NCBI GenBank assembly: GCA_965263355.1
Contig: CBDHHL010000056.1
Location: 224,001-288,000 of the forward strand
Length of the DNA stretch: 64,000 nt
From: Leptolyngbyaceae cyanobacterium
GTDB lineage: Bacteria; Cyanobacteriota; Cyanobacteriia; Phormidesmidales; Phormidesmidaceae
Direction: 5' to 3'
Shown here: in pieces, positions 29,606 to 39,326 of the stretch
How the letters are laid out: each line of letters opens with the position of its first letter
Numbering within the stretch: position 1 is the first letter of the stretch
Translations under genes and position numbers: made by a program
The notes under the pieces: model-generated
Databases searched by the model: none
The model's input: the letters and a program-made list of their open reading frames with translations, nothing else
Told to the model about the DNA's origin: nothing

Positions 29606-32600
29606 CTATACTTGACTAATCAACTGATTGATTTTAAAGGAAGTACCAGCGAAGTCAAATCTTTCTACATCTACGAAAGACATAGTGACATTATCGACCG
29701 TAATATCAATGGCGTTAGCAGCACTGCTGCCCAATGTGATGGTACCGTCGAAAGCAAATGCAAAGATTGCAGTATCTTTGTTGCCGCTGCCTCCATTAAC
29801 AATTTGGTCACCAAAGCCAATGATGCTGTCATTGCCAGCACCCAAATCAATAATGCCGCTACCAGTAAAGCCGCTAAGTGGATCGCTACCTTCACCGATC
29901 ACTAGATCTTTTCCAGAACCGAGTTCAATGGTACCGCTATTATCGATACCAACACCAACGCCTTTAACAAGACCTGTCAGTGTGTCCTTCCCATTACCCA
30001 TGGTGATAGAGCTAGTATTCCGGAGACCAGTACCATTCCCTTCAACTTCTCCTTCAACAAAGTCGCTACCATTATCTGTGGTAATAGTACCACTGTTATC
30101 AAGGCCAATATTATCGCTACCCAAACCGTTAACAGTGACCTTGCCCCAAACATTATCTTTGCCAGAGTTTGTGGTGACAGTACCACTATTGCGTAGGCCT
30201 ACATTATTAGTACCATCCCCTTGTTTAATAGTGACTTCTCCAAACACGTTATCGTCAGAAGAGCCAGCCAATAAGATACCACTGTTGTCAAAACCAGTAT
30301 TGTTATCACCACTGCCATCAAGGTTGACCGTTCCCTTGATGAAGTCTTTTCCATCAACTGTCTCAAGGGAACCGTTATTATCAAAGCCAGTATTATCATT
30401 ACCACTGCCATTGACGGTCCCTACTAGGTTGTCAGCACCTCGAGCAGTGTTAACAGTACCTTCGTTAAGGAATGCGGTACCAATGCTTACTTGAGCATTG
30501 ATCACGTCGTCACCCCTGAGAGTATTTGCTACTATGCCAGAAGCGACTGTAACCCCATCTTCTAAATCGATGGCAAAGTCGGCTTTGTTAGTCCATTGAC
30601 CTAACTCAATGCCGCCTTTCTCCCAACCAGATACTGTCACCAGAGTTCTACCATCTGTAGGAGGTGTGCCGCCAGCTAAATCTAATCCAATAATCAACGG
30701 ATCGTGGTCAGAGTTACGGAAGGGAGTGGTGCCGTCAAACAGGCTAGGATTGCGACCAAAGTCGAGGTTGTAATCCAATGCGTCGGGCTCATCAGCATTG
30801 ACGTGCCACTCAGTAGCTCCAGTTACCTGGGAAATCAGAGTAGTACTGGCTAGACCGTGATCTAGAGTGCCAAACTGACCGTCAAATACAAAGGAGTAAG
30901 CTGACTCAGGATTCTCCACCACGTTGGTGTAGCCTTCACCTTCCAGGAAGGTAATGGGGTCTTCCTTGACGTAGGCGTTGAGGTCACCAATGATCAGAAT
31001 ATCCTCGTCAGTGGTACCTGTGGGATTGCTATCAAGCCAGGCATCAAGTGCTTCAGCACCGCGTAAGCGAGTGCCGTTGAAGTTGCCTTGACCATCACCA
31101 GCATCGGCATCGTCACCGCTACCTGTTCCCCCCTTGGACTTAAAGTGGTTTATGGCTACTGTGAGTTCTTCACCAGTTGCGATTTCTTCAAAGGTAACGG
31201 CCAATGGTGCCCTGTTGGTATTAACACCGTCAAAAATAGTCCCACTCAGACCTAAAGCAGGTAAATCTGAATCTGTTAATACTTCAACTGTTGTATTGTC
31301 TGCGATTTTAATAGTTGATGTTTTGTAAATTGCACCAACAGAAATAGCATCACCGGTATCAACAAAGGGGACACCTGGATCAGCATAGGCATAGGTGCCT
31401 GCACCTACCTCGTTATTAAGGGCAGTTACTAGAGTGTCAATAGCAAATTGACCATCACCATTTTGGTCGCTACCAAACTCATTTTCCAGCTCGATAAGAC
31501 CGAAAATGTCAGCATCGATAATCTCGAGGGTGGTAACCAGTTTCTCTAGCTGACGGTCAAACTCAGTTTGACTATCCGCACCCCGAGGAGAGAGACTGTT
31601 GGGTCCACTACCGGGGTTACCGTCTTCATCCAGGGTGGTGAAGAAGTTGAGCACGTTGAAACTAACTACGGTTAGATCACCGCCCACATCCTCTGGGGTA
31701 TTGGGACGGGGATTAGTGGCCTGGAAATTAACGGGAGCCGTGGGCTGAATGCGATAGTCCCCAAAGCCAAAGCCCAAGACACCGGAAAGATTGTTAACGG
31801 TATCGCCACCGCGCAGGGTGTTGGTAGAGCTAAGGGGATTGCCGCCACGACCGTGGATAATGGGGTCAGGATTTTGAACAGTCTGCCCATCGTCAAGTAC
31901 GATGCGACGCTTAGCAATTTCTTCTTGGTAAGCGGCGAACCCGGCTACATCAGGGTCATTGAATTGGGTGAACTGGTCTAAACGACCATCGGTACCGGGG
32001 GCGTTGCTCGCACCATTAGAGGAGAGTACAACCTCACCAAAGCGGTCCAGGTTGAAGTACTCAGTTACAAAGAGAGTGTCAGGAATGGTTACCTGCATGC
32101 CCTCAAAGGCTTCTAGATCATCGACGCTGGCAACTGGGAAGTTAACCGTAGCCGCTGTGGGTAGTGTATTACCGGAGCTGACAACTGTAATATCTGAAGC
32201 ACTGGTAACCGCTAACTGGGTCTGGCCAAAGGCTTCTCCAACGGTACCGGTAATTTGGACCACATCGCCCACGTTTACATCCGTGAGGAAATTACCATTT
32301 TCAAAGATGAAGAGACCTTCAGAGGTTAGGGGATTCGAATCGGCATCGGCATCTTCCTCTTGGACATAGAAGCCTTCTAGGTTACGAAGAGTGTCCGCAT
32401 CTCCATCCTGGAAGTCGCCTGTAACAACAGCTTCGATAGTGACTATTTGACCATCAAGGGGACTTGCGTCTCCACTACCTTGGATATCAGAAATTAGGGT
32501 GATGGCTACACCGTCATCATTCTGGATGGTGCCATCGGCAGTTGCTGTGGTGATGGTTTCACCATTAGCAGGGGCAGAGAGAGTGACGGTAAAGTTCTCA

Positions 32601-34072
32601 TCTAACTCAGCATCTGTATCGCCAGAAACATCTAGGGTAATGGTCTGAGTGGTTTCACCATCGGCAAAGTTGACTGTGCCTGTAGGTAGGGTGCCGCCAA
32701 AGTCGGCTGCATCGGCGTCGCCACTAACAGCAAAGTCTACAGAGGTAGCGCCGCTAGTGTCGCCGGAGCGAGTGACGGTGAAGGTAAAGGGCGTTGTGCC
32801 TGTGTTGCCTTCATTTTGAACAGCATTGTCGGGTGCGATCGCAACTGTTGTAGATGGACCACCAGATGCTTCAGCAATGACAAAATTGTCAACGCCAAAG
32901 TCTTCGTCTCCTGACTCGACAGAAACACTCAGTCGAAGATCAAGAGTGGAGCCTGTACCCGAGATCGCCTTGGTAAATGTCTGAGCGGCATTGCCTAATG
33001 CTGTGCCATCACCCTCACCATCAAAGTCAGTATCTTCGCGAAACACACCATTAAAGGTAGTGCTACTAAAGTCTGCCCCTTCAAAGGCCAAAAGATTTTG
33101 GAATCCGCCGCCATCAATCTGGTATTCAACCAGGATGGAATCGGCCGCATCAATATCTCCAGGGCTGTCAAAGAACTCGGCGAAGTCACCGCTAAATTCC
33201 AAATTACTCAACCCACTAATATCCAGGCTAGACCAAGTCACAGTAACGGGTACGGTTGCACCCTCACCATCCAAATCCATCCCTGTGAGGAAACTGCCAT
33301 CAAACCCTGTGTAAGCTTTAACGTTGGGTTGAGGATCGCCACCAAAGTCGCCGCCACCAGCGCCGTCTGAAATACCAAAAAAGTCGAAACCTGAACTCAC
33401 GCCAGCATCTGAAAAGAATGGCTCGCTGGTGGTGAATTGAGAGGCATCATCAAAGGTCTCGTTGAGCACGTCACTGGGGGTTGCCGCGTCGCCAGTGATT
33501 TCAATCGCGTCGATTGCAAGGTCTTCATCCCCGGAATCCAGGTCAAAGGTAAATTGCAAATCCAAAGTAGAGCCGGTACCTGCGATCGCACCACCCAAGG
33601 CAGCAAATGTACTGGTAATTTCGGTGCCATCACCGGTACCGTCAAAATCAGTATCGATTAACGGAGCAGAGTTGAATGTGCTGCCATCATTCTCGATCGC
33701 TAGCAGATTTTGGAATCCGCCACCATCAATCTGATACTCAACTAGGAAAAAGTCAGCCGCGTCCCAGTCTTGATTGCTACCATCATCGTCCTCGGCAAAA
33801 AGAGCACTGAAGCCAAGGTTAGTAAACCCAGTAATGTCAATACCAGAAAATGATAGGGTTTGCTGAGAAGCAGCCCCTTCACCGTCAATATCTTGGGCGG
33901 CAAAGAAAAAGTTACCGTCAGCACCAGTAACTTGGTAAAAAGTACCAATATTGCTGCCATCGGTACGCGTAAAAAAGTCACCAAGACTATCCGTAAATTC
34001 GGGTACAGAAGTGGTGTAACGAGTTCCGTTACCGTCTGTCTCGAAGTTTTCCGTGAAAATAGTGGTCGGCAT
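29606..34072 (-). CDS. ExeM/NucH family extracellular endonuclease with duplicated N-terminal domain, Calx-beta domain and RTX-like C-terminus
   Basis: OB region GFYVQEED, LEAFEGM, SFNVLNFF, NHFKSKG, GDLNAY, GTLDH, SDHDP; Calx-beta FTVTRSGD...DENFTVTLS. Confidence 0.9.
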   Translation of the reverse strand: MPTTIFTENFETDGNGTRYTTSVPEFTDSLGDFFTRTDGSNIGTFYQVTGADGNFFFAAQDIDGEGAASQQTLSFSGIDITGFTNLGFSALFAEDDDGSNQDWDAADFFLVEYQIDGGGFQNLLAIENDGSTFNSAPLIDTDFDGTGDGTEITSTFAALGGAIAGTGSTLDLQFTFDLDSGDEDLAIDAIEITGDAATPSDVLNETFDDASQFTTSEPFFSDAGVSSGFDFFGISDGAGGGDFGGDPQPNVKAYTGFDGSFLTGMDLDGEGATVPVTVTWSSLDISGLSNLEFSGDFAEFFDSPGDIDAADSILVEYQIDGGGFQNLLAFEGADFSSTTFNGVFREDTDFDGEGDGTALGNAAQTFTKAISGTGSTLDLRLSVSVESGDEDFGVDNFVIAEASGGPSTTVAIAPDNAVQNEGNTGTTPFTFTVTRSGDTSGATSVDFAVSGDADAADFGGTLPTGTVNFADGETTQTITLDVSGDTDAELDENFTVTLSAPANGETITTATADGTIQNDDGVAITLISDIQGSGDASPLDGQIVTIEAVVTGDFQDGDADTLRNLEGFYVQEEDADADSNPLTSEGLFIFENGNFLTDVNVGDVVQITGTVGEAFGQTQLAVTSASDITVVSSGNTLPTAATVNFPVASVDDLEAFEGMQVTIPDTLFVTEYFNLDRFGEVVLSSNGASNAPGTDGRLDQFTQFNDPDVAGFAAYQEEIAKRRIVLDDGQTVQNPDPIIHGRGGNPLSSTNTLRGGDTVNNLSGVLGFGFGDYRIQPTAPVNFQATNPRPNTPEDVGGDLTVVSFNVLNFFTTLDEDGNPGSGPNSLSPRGADSQTEFDRQLEKLVTTLEIIDADIFGLIELENEFGSDQNGDGQFAIDTLVTALNNEVGAGTYAYADPGVPFVDTGDAISVGAIYKTSTIKIADNTTVEVLTDSDLPALGLSGTIFDGVNTNRAPLAVTFEEIATGEELTVAINHFKSKGGTGSGDDADAGDGQGNFNGTRLRGAEALDAWLDSNPTGTTDEDILIIGDLNAYVKEDPITFLEGEGYTNVVENPESAYSFVFDGQFGTLDHGLASTTLISQVTGATEWHVNADEPDALDYNLDFGRNPSLFDGTTPFRNSDHDPLIIGLDLAGGTPPTDGRTLVTVSGWEKGGIELGQWTNKADFAIDLEDGVTVASGIVANTLRGDDVINAQVSIGTAFLNEGTVNTARGADNLVGTVNGSGNDNTGFDNNGSLETVDGKDFIKGTVNLDGSGDNNTGFDNSGILLAGSSDDNVFGEVTIKQGDGTNNVGLRNSGTVTTNSGKDNVWGKVTVNGLGSDNIGLDNSGTITTDNGSDFVEGEVEGNGTGLRNTSSITMGNGKDTLTGLVKGVGVGIDNSGTIELGSGKDLVIGEGSDPLSGFTGSGIIDLGAGNDSIIGFGDQIVNGGSGNKDTAIFAFAFDGTITLGSSAANAIDITVDNVTMSFVDVERFDFAGTSFKINQLISQV

Positions 34073-34569
34073 AATGTGAGTAAAAACGTCTATTGAAGAT
34101 TTTCAATGGGGTAAGAATTGGACATTTTCAGTAAATAAAATTAAGCAGAGCGTAGTGTTGACTTTTAAAGCCCTAAATGCATCAAAATACCATGCACATT
34201 CCACACAAACGCCTATAACAACCCCTAAGGATAGAGATCTATAGCCATAGAGTGCTCGCTTAAGTTTAATCCTGAGTAATATCCCCCGTTTGTCCCTGGG
34301 CATTCGACCATCACACAACAATGGGCAGCAAAGAAAAAACAACGTTGACGTGGGTCTTCTTTACTAATTGGTGGCCGTAACACTTTTTACAGGGATTTTT
34401 TGGATATGGACAAGAGGTTCAATGACAAGAACATGAGAGTTTATAAACAGACCCTCATAGGAGTCATACGATGCTTCTGTCGCTTGACATTTGTCCAGTA
34501 ATGAAGATCATCCCAATGGCTGCTAAACGATAATCCCCCCTAAGACTCCCGTTAGACTCTCACAAACTG

Positions 34570-34599
34570 AGATGAAGAAAAGGTAAAAACCACATTAAA
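34570..34599 (-). promoter_or_regulatory. Candidate SphR (Pho) box
   Basis: Minus strand TTTAATGT-ggt-TTTTACCT-ttt-CTTCATCT: three octamers at 11-bp spacing, each 7/8 to YTTAAYYW, oriented toward the exeM-like gene. Confidence 0.5.
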
Positions 34600-34644
34600 G
34601 CCCTTAACTTCTTTAGGCAGGCTTTACCGTTTTTACAGTTACTT

Positions 34645-35033
34645 GATTAAATTGTCATTATTGGTTGCAGGATGTGCTGAAGACAACTCCGTAGTAACTA
34701 TATTGACTGGTGATGGCAACATACTTTCTTTAAATAAATTTATAGCAACTTCAACGTGCGATCGCAACAAAAAACTGATTAAATTGTCACTAGTTGGTTG
34801 CACAATGTGCTGAGAACAACTCCGTAGTCACTGTATTAGCTTTCTGTTTTAAAGTACTTTCTTTAAAGAAAAAGACCATAACTTTAACGTGCGATCGCAA
34901 CAAAAATCCGATTAAATTATTACTAGCTAGCTGCAGAATGTGCTGAGAGCAACTCCGTAGTAAATGTGTCAAATTTCTGCTTCAACGTACTTGCTTTAAA
35001 GAACGCGGCTATAGCTTCAACGTGCGATCGCAA
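34645..35033. repeat. Three tandem 132-133 bp diverged repeats
   Basis: Units start at 34645, 34777 and 34910; conserved blocks GATTAAATT, ATGTGCTGA, CAACTCCGTAGT, CTTTAAA, AACGTGCGATCGCAA. Confidence 0.9.
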
Positions 35034-35144
35034 TAGGCACCCTAGCTAGTCAACGTTACTGTTTTAGACAGTTATAATTAAAATTAATGATTCTGATTTA
35101 AAGTGTATGGGCAGTAGAACTGAAGGATACTGCCTACTTTTAGT

Positions 35145-36830
35145 ATGCCGGCTGCGCCTATCCCTAAAAACGACGCTGATCGCCTAGCGGATCTGCACTA
35201 TTACAGGATTTTAGACACGCCTTCTGAAGACTCCTTTGATCAGTTGACTCACTTGGCAGCTTATATTTGCCAGACTCCCGTTAGCTTAATTAGCCTGGTG
35301 GATAAGCATCGCCAGTGGTTTAAATCTGTGTGTGGTCTGGGGATCTCTGAAACACCGAGGCAACAGGCATTTTGTGGGTATACCCTGACAGAAAACAAGC
35401 CCTGCATTGTAGAAGATGCCACCATTGATGCCCGTGTTAAAGACAACCCATTAGTCTTGGGTGAACCTAATATTCGTTTCTATGCGGGTATTCCCCTGAT
35501 ATCGCCTCGGGCCCATTGCCTTGGCTCCCTATGTGTGATCGATTTTGTTCCCAGAAAATTAAATCAAAGCCAAATTGACGGTCTTAAAGCCCTGGCTTCC
35601 CAGGTGATGCGTTTGTTAGAAGCCCGACTATTTTCTGAAAAAATCACCCATTACACCCACGTGTTGGAGGACGCCCATTTTCAATCCCTGGAAGCAAATC
35701 AGGCAAAATCGCAGTTTTTAGCGATGATTAGCCATGATATTCGCACCCCACTCCATGGCATCATCGGTGCATTAGATTTGTTATCCGGCTCAGAGCTTTC
35801 GCTACAGCAGCAAGACTATGTGACGACTGCTAACACCTCTGCTCAGCTATTAGAGGCAATAATTAGCGATGTTCTGGACTTTTCAAAAATTGAGGCGAAT
35901 AAGTTAACCCTTACCCCAACGCCGACATCGTTAATTAAGCTCTATACCAAAATCGAGCAAGTTTTACAAGATGACATTGAGCAAAAACAGCTTCGATTTT
36001 CAATTGATTGTGATGCGTCTATTCCTAAAAGACTGTTAATTGATAAAAATCGACTTTCTCAAGTTTTGCTCAATTTATGTAGCAATGCGGTGAAATTCAC
36101 CCCCGCCTATGGGTCGATTAAATTAAGCTGTCGTCTGCAGAAACTGACGCCCGATGCAGCGACCATCAAAATCTGTGTATCGGATAACGGCATTGGTATT
36201 GCTAATGACCGACAACAAGATATCTTTTCCCCCTTTGTCCAAGTGAATAATCATAATCATCATGAGCATGAAGGGACTGGGTTAGGCTTGGCGATTTCAT
36301 CACGCTTGTTGGAACTGATGAAATCAAAGCTATGCTTAAAAAGTACCCTGGGCGAGGGAGCCGCTTTCTACTTTACTTTGAGCTGTCCGATTGCCCAGGC
36401 TGTCCCTGCTAAGGTATTGCCTGCTACCCCCCTACAAACAATTCGACAGCGTTTGCAGCGGTCAATCCGGGTTTTGGTGGCGGAAGATAATCCCATTAGT
36501 CAGAAGTTGTTGAAACATCTGTTACATAAAAATGGTTGTATTGTTAGTCTGACCAATAATGGCCAAGAGGCTTGCCAACGGTTTATGGAACATTCCTTTG
36601 ATCTGGTGCTAATGGACTTGGAAATGCCAGTTATGACTGGGGAAGAGGCGGCACAAGAGATATTTAAATATTGTCAAAAACAACAGCGACAGGTGCCGAT
36701 TATTATGATTACGGCCCATGCGATCGCAGAAACCCAAGAACGATTAATGGCCCAAGGCGTTGATGGCTATTTGACGAAACCGATTCGAGCCAAGGAGTTA
36801 CTGGTTGCAATTTCGCAAGCGCTGACTTGA
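35145..36830 (+). CDS. GAF-HisKA-HATPase-REC hybrid histidine kinase
   Basis: RQWFKS/IRFYAG GAF, SHDIRTPL, NAVKFT, GTGLGL, VLMDLEMP. Confidence 0.92.
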   Translation: MPAAPIPKNDADRLADLHYYRILDTPSEDSFDQLTHLAAYICQTPVSLISLVDKHRQWFKSVCGLGISETPRQQAFCGYTLTENKPCIVEDATIDARVKDNPLVLGEPNIRFYAGIPLISPRAHCLGSLCVIDFVPRKLNQSQIDGLKALASQVMRLLEARLFSEKITHYTHVLEDAHFQSLEANQAKSQFLAMISHDIRTPLHGIIGALDLLSGSELSLQQQDYVTTANTSAQLLEAIISDVLDFSKIEANKLTLTPTPTSLIKLYTKIEQVLQDDIEQKQLRFSIDCDASIPKRLLIDKNRLSQVLLNLCSNAVKFTPAYGSIKLSCRLQKLTPDAATIKICVSDNGIGIANDRQQDIFSPFVQVNNHNHHEHEGTGLGLAISSRLLELMKSKLCLKSTLGEGAAFYFTLSCPIAQAVPAKVLPATPLQTIRQRLQRSIRVLVAEDNPISQKLLKHLLHKNGCIVSLTNNGQEACQRFMEHSFDLVLMDLEMPVMTGEEAAQEIFKYCQKQQRQVPIIMITAHAIAETQERLMAQGVDGYLTKPIRAKELLVAISQALT

Positions 36831-36838
36831 CCCCATCA

Positions 36839-38995
36839 CTACATATGGGGTTCCCCAAATAAGACAATAGAACAGGTCAATTCTCGGATAAGTTTTGTTG
36901 TCACATCACTCACCATCAGGCCCCCTGAAGTCCGTCGACGCAGGGAGCGCAAAATCACTAAGTCAAAGCTATCTGCGAGTCGGAGCAGCGCTTGGGTGAC
37001 ATTATCATGGGCAATGGTTTTAATACGCTCCACTGTTTTTAAGCCATCATGGATGACGATGGCGTCCAAATCTTCCTTAAATTTGAGTATATTAGCCTTC
37101 GGGGTACGACGATCGTACACATGCACCAGAGTGACGGCAGCATGGTGAGCATCGGCAAACAGCTGGGCAAAGCGTACCGTACGAATTGTTTTCGGCATTA
37201 AGTCCCGCACAGGTACCAATATGCGATGGATATTAGTCGGTTCTGTTTTTAATCGCATCACAGCCACGGGACAGTGGGACGACCAAAACACACTGTCCAA
37301 CGTGCTACCAAAGAGTCTTGCCCTCACACCGGTGGTATCTTCATTCCACCCCATGACCACTAAATTGGCATTTTGTTCACGGGCTGTGTGGTTAATGCCA
37401 GTAGCGTCATCATCGGCAATGCGAACGATGGGGGTGGCCTTTACATTCAAGGTTTGGCTAACATCACTGGCATCTTGCACAATTACCTGACGTCTTTGCA
37501 AATCATCCACCAGGATCGGGTCATCCATATGGGCATAGGCACGGGCAATGGTGAGGGGAACAATCTGGCCTGATTCATGGTGGGCCAGCAATACAGCCGT
37601 TTCCACCAGATATTGATCGGTACGGGGCTCAAAAATGGGAACAACAATGGTAAACGCACGGGGCAGGTGACACAGAAGCGGTTCCCACTGATATCCCCAT
37701 TCTTCTGGCAGGAGGGGCTCTGTGTTATCCAGGGCATTTGCTTCTGCTGGAACGGCTAGCTGACTAGCAAAGGCACGGGTGGTGATGGGACCTGCGATCG
37801 CAGTAATCAACATCAACACAATCACTGCATTAAAGACAGCCTCATTGATTAAGCCAATTTCACGGGCCACAATGGCAGCAGCTAGGGGGGCTGCCACATG
37901 GGGCAGGCACAACGACCACATGGTTAATATCTCATTCCAGCTATAACGGTAGATTAGTTTAGCCAGAAATGTTCCCACAACCTTACTGATAACGACACCG
38001 ACAAGAATAGCCAGGGTAATTCCTAGAGACGATGTCAGCGAAGAGATAAAAATGGGTAGGTCAACAAGTAACCCAACGTGGACAAAGAAGAACGGAATAA
38101 ATAAAACACTGCCAACAAATTCAACCTTCTCTTTGACGGGGCCATCGCCTAGAACATCATTCACGGCCAGACCGGCCAAAAAGGCCCCAACAATGCGTTC
38201 AACATTAACCAATTGGGCTCCAGCTGACGCTAAAAATACGGCCAGAAGAACAAAGACAAACTGATTTCCCTGCTCGTCCCCTGTACGTCGAAAATAGAGC
38301 TTTCCGGCCCAGTCCAGGCCAAAGAGAACCATAGCTGCATAGATAGCCAGGGATAAAATCTGAGCGACCAGGCTAAATAGGGAAAATTCTCCAGCGTGGA
38401 TGGAAACAGAAATGGCCAGAAGTAATAGACCTAAAATATCGGTAAAAATGGTGGCACCAATGGTGACAGTAATGGCTTCGTTACCCATTACACCAAGGCG
38501 ATTGACAATGGGGTACCCCAGTAATGTGTGGGGAGCAAATACAGCTCCCATAAGCAGAGCAGTATTCCAGTCGAAGCCTAGCAATCGACCGACCAGTAGA
38601 CCACCCGCAAGAGACGATACAAAAATCAACAATCCAAGACCCAGGGAGCGGTTACGGGTTTTGTGAAACTTGGCTAGATCAATTTCTAAGCCAATTACAA
38701 ACATCAGGTAGATTTTCCCGATTTCTGCCAGCAGTTCCATGGTTTCGGTCTCGGCATCCAAAGCGGCCAGACCGCTTTTTCCAAGCACTACGCCAGCAAC
38801 CAATAGGCCGACAAGACCCGGTAGCTTTAGACGCTCAAATAGGGGTGGAAGGGTTAGGACCACCAGCAGCAATATTGTCAGGGAAATCAGTGGGCTATGG
38901 AGCGAGAGGGCTTCGCCGTGTTCGACTGCGGCTAGAACCATATAGGTGCCTATGGGGGAAACGACAAGCAGCACAGGCGGGAGACCCACCGTCAT
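36839..38995 (-). CDS. Cation:proton antiporter (CPA2) with universal-stress-protein-like C-terminus
   Basis: Many TM helices, IVGAFLAGL, LFIPFFF; C-terminal USP-like domains. Confidence 0.88.
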   Translation of the reverse strand: MTVGLPPVLLVVSPIGTYMVLAAVEHGEALSLHSPLISLTILLLVVLTLPPLFERLKLPGLVGLLVAGVVLGKSGLAALDAETETMELLAEIGKIYLMFVIGLEIDLAKFHKTRNRSLGLGLLIFVSSLAGGLLVGRLLGFDWNTALLMGAVFAPHTLLGYPIVNRLGVMGNEAITVTIGATIFTDILGLLLLAISVSIHAGEFSLFSLVAQILSLAIYAAMVLFGLDWAGKLYFRRTGDEQGNQFVFVLLAVFLASAGAQLVNVERIVGAFLAGLAVNDVLGDGPVKEKVEFVGSVLFIPFFFVHVGLLVDLPIFISSLTSSLGITLAILVGVVISKVVGTFLAKLIYRYSWNEILTMWSLCLPHVAAPLAAAIVAREIGLINEAVFNAVIVLMLITAIAGPITTRAFASQLAVPAEANALDNTEPLLPEEWGYQWEPLLCHLPRAFTIVVPIFEPRTDQYLVETAVLLAHHESGQIVPLTIARAYAHMDDPILVDDLQRRQVIVQDASDVSQTLNVKATPIVRIADDDATGINHTAREQNANLVVMGWNEDTTGVRARLFGSTLDSVFWSSHCPVAVMRLKTEPTNIHRILVPVRDLMPKTIRTVRFAQLFADAHHAAVTLVHVYDRRTPKANILKFKEDLDAIVIHDGLKTVERIKTIAHDNVTQALLRLADSFDLVILRSLRRRTSGGLMVSDVTTKLIRELTCSIVLFGEPHM

Positions 38996-39252
38996 TGTTA
39001 TTTTGCCTGATCAACTACTTCAGATAGTAGGTTTAAAACTTGCTCAATGTATTTTTACGCAATTGCTTTGATGGCCATTTTAGTTAGCGTAATTTTTGTT
39101 TGCTGTGAACCTTTACCCATGGTCAATATCACTTTAATCTAATTTGCTTAGTCTTATGGGCTGATACCCAAGGATTTGTATTGTCAGCGTGTTTAGGACG
39201 TGGGTAAAAAATACTACTTGAGATCGCATTTAACCATAAGGACACAGCAGTA

Positions 39253-39321
39253 ATGGTAACTACTTTAAATGCAGGTGAAATTGCGATTACGAGCTTCAAT
39301 TTTGATAATGCGGATGAATAG
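39253..39321 (+). pseudogene. 22-codon N-terminal remnant of a large secreted protein
   Basis: RBS AAGGA, then MVTTLNAGEIAITSFNFDNADE*, resembling the LxAGDIAIxGFNxDxxD starts of cyanobacterial exoproteins. Confidence 0.4.
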
Positions 39322-39326
39322 AAATT

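Noticed and set aside
29628..30494. 288-aa plus-strand ORF and similar ORFs at 27775-28719, 21197-23389 and 44114-44598
   Set aside because: Antisense shadows of Gly/Asn/Asp-rich genes; Pro/Ser/Leu-rich with no motifs
34103..34342. Riboswitch or leader ORF upstream of the nuclease
   Set aside because: No recognisable riboswitch consensus; the ORF has a weak start and no motifs
34645..35033. CRISPR array
   Set aside because: Period is 132-133 bp, repeats are diverged and interrupted, there are only three units, and no cas genes are in the window
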